Shown: positions 20,046-30,911 of the stretch, piece after piece
Layout: every line of letters starts with the position of its first letter
Numbering within the stretch: the stretch's first letter is position 1
Assembly: GCF_022259695.1 (NCBI RefSeq)
Contig: NZ_CP092099.1
Location: forward strand, 168,471 to 232,470
Direction of reading: 5' to 3'
DNA length: 64,000 nt
From: Flaviramulus sp. BrNp1-15
GTDB lineage: Bacteria; Bacteroidota; Bacteroidia; Flavobacteriales; Flavobacteriaceae
Notes under the pieces: model-generated
Told to the model about the DNA's origin: nothing
Database searches by the model: none
What the model saw: only the letters and a program-made list of their open reading frames with translations
Position numbers and translations under genes: made by a program

Positions 20046-21350
20046 TTAATCTTCCATTTCTCTTTGTCTCTTACCTGGGTAAGCTATTGATCCGTGTTCA
20101 GAAATATCAAGACCTTGAATTTCTTCTTCTTCAGTAACACGTAAACCAAATGCTGCTTTAAGTATACTGAATACTATGAATGATAAAACTACAGCCCAAA
20201 CTGCATAAGCTAAAACACCTATAGCTTGTGCTCCTAATTGAGCGCCACCGCCACCATTAAAAAGGCCAATTCCAGTGTCTCCATCAACTCCCCAAAGACC
20301 AATTACTAAAGTACCCCATGCACCGGCAACACCGTGTACAGATGCAGCACCAATAGCATCATCAATTTTAAGTTTTTTCTCTATAAATTCAATTGAGAAT
20401 ACTACAATTATACCTCCAATAAGACCTGCTAATACAGCTCCTGGAGCAGTCATGTTTCCACAACCAGCAGTAATACTCACTAAACCAGCTAAAGTACCAT
20501 TTAAGGTTTGAGCTAAATTAGGTTTACCGTACCATATCCATGTAGTAAATAAAGCACCCAAACCACCTGCAGCTGCAGCTAAGTTTGTTATTAGCACCAC
20601 TGTAGAAGCTCCGGTAGCATCATCACCACCCCAAGCTAATTGAGAACCACCATTAAATCCAAACCATCCTAACCAAAGAATGAATACACCTAATGTTGCT
20701 AATATTTGGTTGTGCCCTGGTATAGGCATAACTTTTCCATTTACATATTTACCTATTCTTGGTCCTACCATAAATGCAGCTACAAGTGCAGCCCAACCAC
20801 CCACAGAGTGAACAATTGAAGAACCAGCAAAATCGATAAACTCAGCAGGCATAATACCATCTGTATTATTTAACCATCCGCCATTCCATTCCCATCCACC
20901 AGCTATTGGATAGATAAGTGCAGTCATAACTAATGAAAAGATAGCATAAGTAGTATATTTAGTTCTTCCAGCTATAGCTCCAGATACAATAGTTGCAGCA
21001 GTAGCAGCAAACATAGTTTGGAAGAATAAATCAGCACCTTCACCTTGCATGAACCCGCTCCAGAAAAACCATCCGTTTGAGCTTTCTCCATACATTAATG
21101 AGTAACCTACAAACCAGAAACTCAATGAACCTACACAGATATCAAGAAAGTTTTTCATGGCTATATTTACAGCATTTTTAGATCTTGTCATACCAGATTC
21201 TACCAACGTGAATCCTGCTTGCATAAAGAATACCAGAATACCAGATAGTAACATCCATAGCATTCCCATATCGCCTTTGATAGACTCAGCTAATGCATCA
21301 ACTGCAGAGGTATCTTGAATTATAAGGGGCATGTTTAATAATAAAGACAT
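20046..21350 (-). CDS. amt: ammonium transporter (Amt family), second paralog
   Basis: 434-aa Amt/MEP family; ~45% identical to the downstream copy by eye. Confidence 0.9.
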   Translation of the reverse strand: MSLLLNMPLIIQDTSAVDALAESIKGDMGMLWMLLSGILVFFMQAGFTLVESGMTRSKNAVNIAMKNFLDICVGSLSFWFVGYSLMYGESSNGWFFWSGFMQGEGADLFFQTMFAATAATIVSGAIAGRTKYTTYAIFSLVMTALIYPIAGGWEWNGGWLNNTDGIMPAEFIDFAGSSIVHSVGGWAALVAAFMVGPRIGKYVNGKVMPIPGHNQILATLGVFILWLGWFGFNGGSQLAWGGDDATGASTVVLITNLAAAAGGLGALFTTWIWYGKPNLAQTLNGTLAGLVSITAGCGNMTAPGAVLAGLIGGIIVVFSIEFIEKKLKIDDAIGAASVHGVAGAWGTLVIGLWGVDGDTGIGLFNGGGGAQLGAQAIGVLAYAVWAVVLSFIVFSILKAAFGLRVTEEEEIQGLDISEHGSIAYPGKRQREMED

Positions 21351-21434
21351 ATGTTATAATTTTAATGGTTAGTAATTTATTTTAACATACACATACCCGC
21401 TTTTAATAAACGGGTATGTGTATAAATTTATGTA

Positions 21435-22490
21435 TTAGAATGAGTAGATTGCAGCTAATACAAAAGAACCTAAACTTTTAGATCCAGCTAAATCATTATC
21501 AATAAACGCTTCTTCGGAAGCACTATCTAATCTAATTTCTGGTTTTACAGTCAAATTATCAATTGCAAGACTTCCTGTTAAAGTAAGTGCAAACACAGAA
21601 GCATCTCCATCAGCATCACTTGCTCCGATAGCTCCAAAAAAGTCAGTCTCAGTAAAGTACTCACCTCTTAAACCAATAGTAAAAGAATCTGAAGTAGCTA
21701 ATTGAGGGTATAAAGCAGCTCCAGCAAAAGAACCTCCGTCATCTTCTACAGTTAAATAAGCAGCATTAATTCCTAAAAAGAAATCATCAGATAAGTCAAA
21801 TCCTCCTGTATAGTCAATTTCAGTGAAAGAAGGATCTAGTAAGAAATTTAAATATTGTCCAGCATAACCTAATTGAGCACCGAAAGCATAATCTCCTGTT
21901 GGGTTAAATTCTGTTAAGTCAGTATCATTCATGACACCTAACATTAAACTAAAATCATCACCTAATGCAATATCTGCTTTTAAACCAGTATGACTGAATG
22001 GTCCATAAGAAAATAAATAAGATGTGCTATAGTTAAAGTTAGCTGTTGGAGAAATAACTTCATAACCTAAAAAGGTATTAAAGTTACCCATGGTTAATGT
22101 TACAGATTCACTTACATTCCAGTATGCATACAATTGATTTACAATGTTACCTGTACTAGAAATCACATCGTTTCTAGAAGAATACATTGGTGAAGCGAAA
22201 ATAGCATCCGTCCCTCTTGGGCCAAATACTAAATCAGCAACAAATCCCGCTTTCTCGCCTTCATAACTAAAAACTACATTGGCCATACCTAAAGCAAAAC
22301 CAGGTAATTGTGCAAATGATGATCCTGGTGCAATAGCATTTTCATCATTTGGCGCTGTCAAGTTAGCTCTATAATAAGCATCAACACTACCACTTATTGT
22401 GAATGAAGGAGTTGAATCTTCCTCTTCCTGTGCAAACAAACTACATGTACATGCTATAAAAAACATTGAAAGTGTAATAATTTTTTTCAT
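21435..22490 (-). CDS. outer-membrane beta-barrel porin-like protein, first gene of the amt cluster
   Basis: Signal peptide, alternating amphipathic beta pattern, C-terminal Phe. Confidence 0.55.
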   Translation of the reverse strand: MKKIITLSMFFIACTCSLFAQEEEDSTPSFTISGSVDAYYRANLTAPNDENAIAPGSSFAQLPGFALGMANVVFSYEGEKAGFVADLVFGPRGTDAIFASPMYSSRNDVISSTGNIVNQLYAYWNVSESVTLTMGNFNTFLGYEVISPTANFNYSTSYLFSYGPFSHTGLKADIALGDDFSLMLGVMNDTDLTEFNPTGDYAFGAQLGYAGQYLNFLLDPSFTEIDYTGGFDLSDDFFLGINAAYLTVEDDGGSFAGAALYPQLATSDSFTIGLRGEYFTETDFFGAIGASDADGDASVFALTLTGSLAIDNLTVKPEIRLDSASEEAFIDNDLAGSKSLGSFVLAAIYSF

Positions 22491-22949
22491 AATCGTTTTA
22501 ATTTTTGGTTATTAAATTTTAGTTAATTTTTCCTTAAGAATGAATCAAATCTATGTCAAAAAGATTTAACCCCCATAAAAAATAGGGGTATTAGACTTAC
22601 TTTTATCAATATTCTAATTTTTACCCCATTTTTTTATAGGTATTCTTGTAATTTTTTAATTTTTTGGTTTTTTAACAACATAGTTATTTGAATTATTGTC
22701 AGTTTTTTCTAATTTTTCATGATATTATTTTCATTAATTAAAATATTTATTAGCATAAATTCATATATCTGTATTTATCATTAAATTTTATGAATTGAGT
22801 ATTTATTAAAAAAAGAGTTTAATATTGATATATAATTATTTTTATCAAGAGTTCGCTTCTAAAATCGAAATAATGAAATACCCCTTATTGTAATTCAAAT
22901 TCTAGTACATATCTTTACGTTTCAACTCAATTTTTTAAACCAAAAAGCG

Positions 22950-25900
22950 TTGATTATGCTGAAGAAACAAGGTCTTTATTTACCAGAATTTGAACATGAA
23001 AATTGCGGGGCAGGTTTTATTTGTAATCTTAAAGGAGAAAAAACAAATCAAATCATTCATGATGCCTTAGAAATTCTAGTAAAATTAGAACATCGTGGTG
23101 GTGTTAGTGCAGATGGAAAAACCGGTGATGGTGCTGGATTATTAATAGATATTCCTCATGAGTATTTTGTGAGGGTGTGTGATTTTAAAATTCCTGCTGC
23201 AAGAGAGTATGCCGTAGGTATGATTTTTCTACCTAAAACCAAAAATCAATACCAATTTTGTAAAGATATTTTAGAGAATGAAATAAAAGCTCAAGGGCTT
23301 TCTGTTTTAGGGTGGCGAAAAGTGCCTGTAGACTCCTCTAATTTAGGAGAAATCGCAAAGGCTTCAGAACCTATTATTGAACAAATTTTTATTGGCAAAA
23401 CCGAGGATATTGATGAGGCTACCTTTAAAGCCAAATTATACGCAGCTCGTAAGATTGCAGAACATACTATTAGAAAATCAAAAATATCTGAAAGCGGTTA
23501 TTTTTATGTGCCTAGTTTATCAAACACAACGCTTATATATAAGGGTATAATTATGCCCGAAGATATTGGACCATATTATACCGATTTACAGCAAATTGAT
23601 TTAGTTACTCGTTTAGCTTTAGTGCATCAGCGTTTTTCAACTAACACTATGCCTACATGGGAGTTAGCACAACCATTCCGCTTTATGTGTCAGAACGGTG
23701 AAATTAACACCTTGCGTGGTAATGTGAGTAGAATGCGCGTGCGTGAAGAAATCATGAAAAGTGATGTTTTCGGACCACAAATAGATAAATTATTTCCAAT
23801 AATTCTTCCAGGAAAATCTGATTCTGCATCTATGGATATGGTTGTAGAATTATTAACTCATACAGGACGCTCATTACCAGAAATTATGATGATGATGATT
23901 CCAGAAGCATGGGAAAAACACAAAACCATGTCTGAAGAGCGCAAAGCGTTCTATGAGTACAATGGCTGCATCATGGAGCCTTGGGATGGACCTGCATCTG
24001 TACCTTTTACAGATGGTGATTACATTGGTGCTTTATTAGATAGAAATGGTTTAAGACCATCAAGATATACGGTTACAAAAAGTGGTAAGTTAATTATGTC
24101 TTCTGAAATTGGAGTTGTAGATATTGCTCCAGAAGATATAGAAAGTCATGGACGTTTAGAACCAGGAAAAATGTTCTTGGTAGACATGAACGAAGGTCGT
24201 ATTATTAAAGATGAGGAAATTAAAAGTAAGATTGTTTCAGAAAGACCATATAAAGCATGGTTAGACAAAACGCGCTTACATTTAAGAGATGTGCCTTACA
24301 CCAATACAACCTGCCCGATTGAAACCATTGATATAAAAACAAGACAACGTATATTTAACTATACATTTGAAGATATTCAAGAGGTAATAACTCCTATGGC
24401 TATTGTAGGTAAGGAAGCTTTAGGCTCTATGGGTACCGATACGCCTTTAGCAGTTTTATCAGATAGACCTCAACTTATTTCTAACTATTTTAAACAATTA
24501 TTCGCACAGGTTACTAACCCACCTTTAGATGGTATTCGTGAAGAAATTGTAACCGATATTAGTTTAAATCTTGGCAAAGACCGAAATATTTTCAGCATTA
24601 CAGAAAGACAATGTAGAAAATTAAGGATTCAAAATCCTGTGATTTCTAATGCCGATTTAGAAAAAATAAGAACCATTCAAATTGAAAGTTTTAAAGCTGA
24701 AACTATTCAAATTTTGTATCCAAAAGCTCAAGGTCTTAATGGATTAGAAGAAGCTTTAGATGATATTATCAGACAAGTTGAAAAAGCTTTAGAAAGAAAA
24801 ACAAACATAATTATTCTTTCTGATAGAGGTGTAAACAAAGATTTTGCTCCTATTCCAGCTTTATTAGCCTGTTCTTATGTAAACCATCAAATGAATCGTT
24901 TACGTAAGCGTTCTTATTTCGATATTATTATTGAATCTGCAGAACCTCGCGAACCGCATCATTTTGCAACCTTATTTGGCTATGGCGCAAGTGCTATAAA
25001 CCCGTATATGGTTAACGAAATTATTAGAATGCAGGTTAAAGAAGGCTTCATAAGTGATATGAACGAGCAACAAGCTGTTGATAATTTCAATAAAGCTATT
25101 GGGAAAGGTATTCTTAAAATAATGAACAAAATAGGAATCTCTACACTACATTCATACAGAGGTTCTCAAATTTTCGAAATTGTTGGTTTTAATTCTTCAT
25201 TTGTTGAAAAATATTTCCCTTATACAGCATCAAGAATTGAAGGTATTGGGTTGTACGAAATTGAAAGAGAAATTGACCAACGATACAAACAAGCATATCC
25301 AGATAATGCTGTAGATAAACATTTTGGTTTAAGCTTAAATATTGGTGGCGATTACAGATGGAGACGTAATGGTGAAAGACACCTTTTTAACCCAACAACA
25401 GTGGCAAAATTACAGCAAGCTGTTAGGTTAAGCGACCAAGCTAGTTATGATGTTTATGCAAAATCGATAAATGAACAATCTGAAAACTTAATGACCATTC
25501 GAGGGTTATTTGAGTTTGATAATTTAGATCCAATTCCTATTGATGAAGTGGAGCCCTGGACAGAAATTGTAAAGCGATTTAAAACTGGAGCCATGTCTTA
25601 CGGATCTATTTCTCGTGAGGCTCATGAAAATTTAGCTATTGCCATGAACAGAATTGGTGGTAAATCTAATTCTGGTGAAGGTGGTGAAGACAGAAAACGC
25701 TTCCATCCAGATGTGAATGGAGATAGTCGTAATTCGGCAATAAAACAAGTGGCTTCTGGTCGTTTTGGAGTAACTTCACATTACCTTACAAATGCCAAAG
25801 AAATTCAAATAAAAATGGCTCAAGGTGCAAAACCTGGTGAAGGTGGTCAATTACCAGCACACAAAGTTTTACCTTGGATTGCAGCTGCAAGAAATTCAAC

Positions 25901-27476
25901 GCCATTTGTGGGCTTAATTTCTCCTCCTCCACATCACGATATTTACTCTATTGAAGATTTAGCGCAGCTAATTTTCGACTTAAAAAATGCAAATCGCGAT
26001 GCGAGAATTAACGTAAAATTAGTATCAGAAGTTGGTGTTGGTACTATTGCTGCCGGAGTTGCTAAAGCAAAAGCAGATGTTGTTCTTATTTCAGGTTATG
26101 ATGGGGGTACAGGAGCATCTCCTTTAACCTCATTAAAACATGCAGGTTTACCATGGGAACTTGGTTTAGCAGAAGCACAACAAACACTGGTTTTAAACAA
26201 TCTTAGAAGTAGAATAGTTGTAGAATGCGATGGTCAGTTAAAAACAGGACGCGATGTTGCTATTGCTGCATTATTAGGTGCAGAAGAATTTGGGTTTGCA
26301 ACGGCACCATTAGTCGCTTCAGGATGTATTATGATGCGTAAATGTCATCTAAATACGTGTCCTGTAGGTATTGCAACTCAAGATAAAGAGCTACGTAAAA
26401 ACTTTAAAGGCACACCAGAACACGTTATTAATTTCTTCTATTACATAGCCGAAGAATTAAGAGGTATTATGGCGCAATTAGGTTTTAGAACTTTAGGTGA
26501 AATGGTAGGTCAAACTCATAAAATTAATGCTAATAAAGCTATAAAGCATTATAAAGCTAAAGGTCTAGATTTATCGAGTATTTTACATACACCAAGTGTT
26601 TACAGACAATTAATTGTAAAGAATACAGAAAAACAAGACCACAATCTTGAAAATGTTCTGGACTTTACAATTCTTAAAGATTCTCATAGAGCGCTTTACA
26701 GAAAAGAAAAAATGACGCTTGAGTATCCTATAAGGAATATTAACCGTACCGTAGGTGCTGTGGTTAGCAACGAAATTTCAAAAATATACGGTCATTTAGG
26801 ATTGCCAGAAGATACCCTAAACATAAACTTCACAGGGTCTGCAGGACAAAGTTTTGGAGCTTTTGGTGCACATGGTTTAACTTTTACTTTAGAAGGAAAC
26901 ACCAACGATTACCTTGGTAAAGGACTTTCTGGAGCTAAATTAATTGTAAAAAAACCAGCAAAAGCTGATTTTATTGCCGAAGAAAACATAATAATCGGTA
27001 ACGTTTGTTTATTTGGTGCGGTACATGGTGAAGCTTACATAAACGGAATTGCAGGTGAGCGTTTTGCTGTTCGAAATTCTGGAGCAACTGCTGTAGTTGA
27101 AGGTGTTGGAGATCATTGTTGTGAATATATGACTGGTGGAAAAATAGTTGTGCTCGGTAAAACGGGTAGAAACTTTGCTGCTGGTATGAGTGGTGGTATT
27201 GCTTATGTTTACGACCCTGAGAATAAATTTGTAAACGGTTTATGTAATACCGAAACTATTGAATTTGAAGATATTTCTACAGAAGATTCAGTTGAATTAA
27301 AAGGGTTAATAGAAAAGCATGTATTATATACAAACAGTAAATGTGGTAACAGACTATTAGAAAACTGGGAAACCAGCCTAGGTGATTTTGTAAAAGTGAT
27401 GCCTACTGAATACAAACGTGCTCTAAAACGTTTAGAGACTGAAGAACCAATGGTAGAAGAATTAGAAATAGCATAA
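22950..27476 (+). CDS. gltB: glutamate synthase large subunit
   Basis: N-terminal Cys amidotransferase (ENCGAGFI), FMN and 3Fe-4S domains, GXGXG C-terminal domain; 1508 aa. Confidence 0.95.
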   Translation: MIMLKKQGLYLPEFEHENCGAGFICNLKGEKTNQIIHDALEILVKLEHRGGVSADGKTGDGAGLLIDIPHEYFVRVCDFKIPAAREYAVGMIFLPKTKNQYQFCKDILENEIKAQGLSVLGWRKVPVDSSNLGEIAKASEPIIEQIFIGKTEDIDEATFKAKLYAARKIAEHTIRKSKISESGYFYVPSLSNTTLIYKGIIMPEDIGPYYTDLQQIDLVTRLALVHQRFSTNTMPTWELAQPFRFMCQNGEINTLRGNVSRMRVREEIMKSDVFGPQIDKLFPIILPGKSDSASMDMVVELLTHTGRSLPEIMMMMIPEAWEKHKTMSEERKAFYEYNGCIMEPWDGPASVPFTDGDYIGALLDRNGLRPSRYTVTKSGKLIMSSEIGVVDIAPEDIESHGRLEPGKMFLVDMNEGRIIKDEEIKSKIVSERPYKAWLDKTRLHLRDVPYTNTTCPIETIDIKTRQRIFNYTFEDIQEVITPMAIVGKEALGSMGTDTPLAVLSDRPQLISNYFKQLFAQVTNPPLDGIREEIVTDISLNLGKDRNIFSITERQCRKLRIQNPVISNADLEKIRTIQIESFKAETIQILYPKAQGLNGLEEALDDIIRQVEKALERKTNIIILSDRGVNKDFAPIPALLACSYVNHQMNRLRKRSYFDIIIESAEPREPHHFATLFGYGASAINPYMVNEIIRMQVKEGFISDMNEQQAVDNFNKAIGKGILKIMNKIGISTLHSYRGSQIFEIVGFNSSFVEKYFPYTASRIEGIGLYEIEREIDQRYKQAYPDNAVDKHFGLSLNIGGDYRWRRNGERHLFNPTTVAKLQQAVRLSDQASYDVYAKSINEQSENLMTIRGLFEFDNLDPIPIDEVEPWTEIVKRFKTGAMSYGSISREAHENLAIAMNRIGGKSNSGEGGEDRKRFHPDVNGDSRNSAIKQVASGRFGVTSHYLTNAKEIQIKMAQGAKPGEGGQLPAHKVLPWIAAARNSTPFVGLISPPPHHDIYSIEDLAQLIFDLKNANRDARINVKLVSEVGVGTIAAGVAKAKADVVLISGYDGGTGASPLTSLKHAGLPWELGLAEAQQTLVLNNLRSRIVVECDGQLKTGRDVAIAALLGAEEFGFATAPLVASGCIMMRKCHLNTCPVGIATQDKELRKNFKGTPEHVINFFYYIAEELRGIMAQLGFRTLGEMVGQTHKINANKAIKHYKAKGLDLSSILHTPSVYRQLIVKNTEKQDHNLENVLDFTILKDSHRALYRKEKMTLEYPIRNINRTVGAVVSNEISKIYGHLGLPEDTLNINFTGSAGQSFGAFGAHGLTFTLEGNTNDYLGKGLSGAKLIVKKPAKADFIAEENIIIGNVCLFGAVHGEAYINGIAGERFAVRNSGATAVVEGVGDHCCEYMTGGKIVVLGKTGRNFAAGMSGGIAYVYDPENKFVNGLCNTETIEFEDISTEDSVELKGLIEKHVLYTNSKCGNRLLENWETSLGDFVKVMPTEYKRALKRLETEEPMVEELEIA

Positions 27477-27480
27477 TGAC

Positions 27481-28944
27481 ATGGGAAAAGTAACAGGATT
27501 TAAAGAATTTGAAAGACAAGATGAAACTTACACGCCTGTTGAAGAACGTGTAAAACATTATAAAGAATTTACAGTACCACTAAGTGATACTGAAATCAAA
27601 AAACAAGGGTCGCGTTGTATGGATTGCGGAATACCATTTTGCCATAGCGGTTGTCCACTTGGAAATCTAATTCCAGATTTTAACCATATGGTACATCAAG
27701 GGGAATGGCAAAAAGCTTCTTGGATATTACATTCAACAAATAATTTTCCAGAATTTACAGGACGCTTATGTCCTGCACCATGTGAAAAATCATGTGTTTT
27801 AGGTATTATTGAAGACCCGGTTTCTATTGAAAATATTGAAAAAAATATTGTTGAACGTGCATTTAAGGAAGGATGGATTAAACCTCAGCCTCCAAAAACA
27901 CGAACTGGTAAAACTGTTGCTGTAGTTGGTTCTGGACCTGCTGGTTTAGCTGCCGCACAACAATTAAACAGAGCTGGACATACGGTAACTGTTTTTGAAC
28001 GCGATGATGAAATTGGTGGTTTATTAAGATATGGTATTCCTAATTTTAAAATGGAAAAGGAGATTATAGATCGTCGTTTAGCCATTTTAAAAGCAGAAGG
28101 TATCACTTTTAAAACCGATGTAAATGTTGGTGTTAATTACGATGTAAAAGAACTTAAAGCCTTTGATTCTGTAGTTTTATGTGGTGGCGCTACCGAAAGA
28201 CGTAGCTTACCAACTCCAGGTATTGATGCAGACGGTGTCGTACAAGCTATGGATTTTTTAACCCAACAAACCAAAGTATTGTTTGGTAAAAAAGTAGAAA
28301 ACCAAGTTATGGCTACAGATAAAAATGTGATTGTAATTGGTGGTGGAGATACAGGTTCAGATTGTATAGGAACCTCTAATCGTCATGGAGCAAAATCGGT
28401 TGTGAATTTTGAAATTATGCCGAAACCTCCAGGACATCGTTCACCAACTACGCCATGGCCTTATTGGCCACTTCAGTTAAAAACATCATCTTCTCATCAA
28501 GAAGGTGTTGAAAGAAACTGGTTAATAAACACTAAAGAGTTTGTAAAAGATAAAAACGGTAAACTAACCGCCTTAAAAACGGTAAATGTTGAGTGGAAAA
28601 TGGTTCCTGGACAGCGTCCACAACTCGTTGAAATTGAAGGTACCGAGAAAAAATGGCCTTGTGATTTAGCATTATTAGCCTTAGGGTTTACAGGACCTGA
28701 AAGTACACTGGCTGATAAATTAGGCATTAAAACTGATGCGCGATCTAATTATAAAGCAGAATACGGTAAATACCAAACTAACATTCCAAATATATTTGCC
28801 GCCGGCGATATGCGTCGCGGACAATCGTTAATTGTTTGGGCCATATCTGAAGGTAGAGAAGCTGCTAGACAGGTGGATATTTATTTAATGGGTAAATCAG
28901 ATTTACCATCAAAAGATGTTGCTGGCGATTTAGTGGCGATGTAA
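27481..28944 (+). CDS. gltD: glutamate synthase small subunit (NADPH)
   Basis: 2x[4Fe-4S] Cys clusters plus FAD/NAD Rossmann folds (VAVVGSGPAGL); 487 aa. Confidence 0.9.
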   Translation: MGKVTGFKEFERQDETYTPVEERVKHYKEFTVPLSDTEIKKQGSRCMDCGIPFCHSGCPLGNLIPDFNHMVHQGEWQKASWILHSTNNFPEFTGRLCPAPCEKSCVLGIIEDPVSIENIEKNIVERAFKEGWIKPQPPKTRTGKTVAVVGSGPAGLAAAQQLNRAGHTVTVFERDDEIGGLLRYGIPNFKMEKEIIDRRLAILKAEGITFKTDVNVGVNYDVKELKAFDSVVLCGGATERRSLPTPGIDADGVVQAMDFLTQQTKVLFGKKVENQVMATDKNVIVIGGGDTGSDCIGTSNRHGAKSVVNFEIMPKPPGHRSPTTPWPYWPLQLKTSSSHQEGVERNWLINTKEFVKDKNGKLTALKTVNVEWKMVPGQRPQLVEIEGTEKKWPCDLALLALGFTGPESTLADKLGIKTDARSNYKAEYGKYQTNIPNIFAAGDMRRGQSLIVWAISEGREAARQVDIYLMGKSDLPSKDVAGDLVAM

Positions 28945-28967
28945 AACATTATTTTCAACTAAAAAAC

Positions 28968-29003
28968 TAACCCTTTATTCAATTGATTAAAGGGTTTTTT
29001 ATT
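28968..29003 (+). terminator. rho-independent terminator after gltD
   Basis: AACCCTTTATTCAATTGATTAAAGGGTT hairpin followed by T6. Confidence 0.65.
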
Positions 29004-29075
29004 TAATGCAACTATGTATATCTACTAAATAAAATTTGGAACTTATATCTTAAAAACCTGATATTTGTATCGTAA

Positions 29076-29198
29076 ATGAGAAAAAAAATAGTACATATAG
29101 CTCCTGGATCACTGTTTAGTCAGTGTGATTATCGAAAAAATGAAATGAATATTTTTATCGAACAAGGACGTAATGTATCTATTATTAATGATTTATAA
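29076..29198 (+). CDS. possible small protein (40 aa)
   Basis: ATG ORF MRKKIVHIAPGSLFSQCDYRKNEMNIFIEQGRNVSIINDL, followed 35 bp later by a strong terminator (29234-29262). Confidence 0.2.
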   Translation: MRKKIVHIAPGSLFSQCDYRKNEMNIFIEQGRNVSIINDL

Positions 29199-29233
29199 AC
29201 AAGATTTAAATTAATAAAACCTATAATATTTAC

Positions 29234-29262
29234 AAGCGTCCAAGAAATTGGACGCTTTTTTT
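29234..29262 (+). terminator. rho-independent terminator
   Basis: AGCGTCCAAGAAATTGGACGCT hairpin followed by T7. Confidence 0.6.
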
Positions 29263-29610
29263 ATGAAAAAAATTAAACTAATTTGAATATAAATTTTAAC
29301 AATTAAAATAGTAAGCATTGAAGAGTAAGCAATTGGTAGACAGACTTTTGCCATTTATCTCAATAATCTGCAATAATGCGGACAGGAATTTCTATGCTTA
29401 AATTTCAATACAACTAACTGATTATCAACAATTTAAATGTAATTTTATTTGTTTAATTAAAAAATGTGTTTAATATTTGCACCGCAGTTTTAAAGAATAG
29501 CTGTAAACAAAAAAACAAATTAAAAACAAGAAGCCATGCTTAAATATATGTTAGCATTTCAACCATTTAGTAATGACGTTGAGTCATTAAGGCTTCGGTA
29601 TATTTTTCTG

Positions 29611-29659
29611 TAGAGTTACTTCCCAGAAAAAAAATCCGAAGCAAAATAACTGTTTCGGA
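29611..29659 (+). terminator. rho-independent terminator, possibly the 3' end of an unannotated small RNA
   Basis: AATCCGAAGCAAAATAACTGTTTCGGATT hairpin followed by T8. No protein-coding gene lies upstream within 350 bp. Confidence 0.55.
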
Positions 29660-29660
29660 T

Positions 29661-29689
29661 TTTTTTTATTCAGATTCCCATTTTCATGG
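29661..29689 (+). repeat. copy 1 (diverged) of the GGATTCCC-N-GGGAATGACAA hairpin repeat family
   Basis: AGATTCCCATTTTCATGGGAAGAACAATT; 7-bp stem TTCCCAT/ATGGGAA. Confidence 0.5.
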
Positions 29690-29770
29690 GAAGAACAATT
29701 CAAGAATACATTAATCTGAACAGTTTTTAGGCATACGAAAATCGTGATGCTTATAAAACAGTAACAATTT

Positions 29771-30322
29771 ATGAATAACATCATGGGAAATAATTTACAC
29801 AATAGTTATGTGTTTCAGGCTTTAGATGCTTATCCATATAACTTAGAAGAAACATTAGAAGCATTAAACTATGCTTTATCATATAACGAAAAAGATGCGC
29901 AAGCACTTTGCTTAATGGGACGTGTTTATGCTGAACAATTAAAAAATTACGAAACAGCTAAACACTATTTTGCAGAAGCTGTTACACAACATATGGAAAT
30001 GCCAAAAACATATCCATACTACATTCAAACTTTACTGTGGAATGAAGATTATGTTGAAGCACAAAAGTTGTTAGATTTTGCACAAACTGTAAAAGGCGTA
30101 GATAAAGCATTGTTAGAATTAATGCAAGGGATTTTATTTGAAAAACTGGGTCAATTTAAAGTTGCTATTAAAATTTTTAAAAGAGCAAAAAAAACAGCTA
30201 CAAATAACGGTTTTATAGACTATGTAGATAATGAATTGTCTAGAGTTAAGAAGAAGATGAACCCTAAAAAGAAATGTAAAAAAAAAAAGAAGAAGTTAAA
30301 TAAAAAAAGAAAGGAGAAATAA
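29771..30322 (+). CDS. TPR-like protein with poly-Lys C-terminal tail
   Basis: Helical-repeat body; C-terminal KKKMNPKKKCKKKKKKLNKKRKEK encoded over A11 and A7 homopolymers. Confidence 0.5.
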   Translation: MNNIMGNNLHNSYVFQALDAYPYNLEETLEALNYALSYNEKDAQALCLMGRVYAEQLKNYETAKHYFAEAVTQHMEMPKTYPYYIQTLLWNEDYVEAQKLLDFAQTVKGVDKALLELMQGILFEKLGQFKVAIKIFKRAKKTATNNGFIDYVDNELSRVKKKMNPKKKCKKKKKKLNKKRKEK

Positions 30323-30354
30323 GAAAATCGGTAAACCAAGTTTGCCGATTTAAT

Positions 30355-30436
30355 GGGAATTCGTCAGCGTTGGAGAGCTGAGGCAGTCTGTAAAACTGTT
30401 ACTTGCGTTGAGAAAGTTCGAATCTTTCAATTCCCA
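30355..30436 (+). tRNA. tRNA-Tyr (GTA), type II with long variable arm; atypical C8
   Basis: Hand-folded: 7-bp acceptor GGGAATT/AATTCCC, D-arm TCAG/CTGA, anticodon loop CTGTAAA, 12-nt variable arm, T-arm GAAAG-TTCGAAT-CTTTC. Position 8 is C, not U, and GC content is only ~42%. Confidence 0.6.
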
Positions 30437-30441
30437 CAAAA

Positions 30442-30511
30442 GTGTTTATAGTGTAACGGCTCGCACGAGAGGTATATCCTCTAAGATCAAGTTCGACTCT
30501 TGATAAACACT
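30442..30511 (+). pseudogene. degenerate tRNA-like unit (70 nt) with truncated anticodon loop
   Basis: Acceptor GTGTTTA/TAAACAC, D-arm and T-arm (TCAAG-TTCGACT-CTTGA) are intact. The anticodon arm is a 5-bp stem with only a 5-nt loop TATAT (or 4 bp plus GTATATC, anticodon ATA). Confidence 0.4.
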
Positions 30512-30515
30512 TAAA

Positions 30516-30588
30516 GGAATAGTAGCAAAGTTGGTCAATGCGTCAGACTGAAAATCCAAAAATATAGGTTCGATTCCTATCTGTTCCA
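30516..30588 (+). pseudogene. degenerate tRNA-like unit lacking an anticodon stem
   Basis: Acceptor GGAATAG/CTGTTCC (with G-U), D-arm GCAA..TGC, and canonical T-arm ATAGG-TTCGATT-CCTAT. The 21 nt in the anticodon position (TCAGACTGAAAATCCAAAAAT) cannot form a 5-bp stem. Confidence 0.4.
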
Positions 30589-30699
30589 CATTAAAATATC
30601 AAGCTAGTCTTGTTGGGTGTTTCGGTATAGCACTATTGTATAAAACGTTGCAGAAACGCATCATGTTTTTATGTTCAACTAGACTTGAAGGTTTGGGTT

Positions 30700-30755
30700 T
30701 AATCCAAAAAAATCCACCAGTTCTATGTACGTGAGTTCGAATCTCACCTTCTCTG
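30700..30755 (+). other. tRNA 3'-half fragment (T-arm plus acceptor 3' strand only)
   Basis: GTGAG-TTCGAAT-CTCAC T-arm followed by CTTCTCT; no complementary 5' acceptor strand upstream. Confidence 0.35.
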
Positions 30756-30759
30756 AAAT

Positions 30760-30825
30760 GAAGAAGTAGCTTAGCGGTGAAGCAGTAGATCGTAGCTGTC
30801 ATCGGTTCGAATCCGGTCTTTAACT
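30760..30825 (+). pseudogene. degenerate tRNA-like unit (D-arm and T-arm intact, acceptor stem unpaired)
   Basis: TA-GCTT-AGCGGTG-AAGC D-arm and ATCGG-TTCGAAT-CCGGT T-arm. The 5' GAAGAAG cannot pair with 3' CTTTAAC. Confidence 0.35.
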
Positions 30826-30838
30826 TAGGAAATCCTTG

Positions 30839-30911
30839 GTTATTGTAGCTCAGTTTGGTTAGAGCACTACTCTGTTAAAGTAGGTTATGGACTTATAATC
30901 CATCAACACCA
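30839..30911 (+). tRNA. tRNA-Asn (GTT)-like; anticodon and D arms canonical, acceptor stem 5/7 bp and atypical T-loop CTTATAA. Possibly a pseudogene.
   Basis: TA-GCTC-AGTTTGGTTA-GAGC D-arm, CTACT-CTGTTAA-AGTAG anticodon arm, ATGGA-CTTATAA-TCCAT T-arm. Confidence 0.4.

Noticed and set aside
16687-20511. Short ORFs 16687..17064, 19028..19216, 19307..19582, 20275..20511
   Set aside because: Antisense within ppc, amt and glnK; spurious.
27209-28727. Short ORFs 27209..27415, 27885..28106, 28497..28727
   Set aside because: Antisense within gltB/gltD.
29587-29802. 71-aa minus-strand ORF
   Set aside because: Spans a + strand terminator hairpin and the hairpin repeat, and overlaps the TPR gene start; the reading is Phe/Leu-rich in AT-rich DNA.
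30599-30802. 67-aa minus-strand ORF
   Set aside because: Lies entirely over the tRNA-like array; translation of structured RNA sequence.
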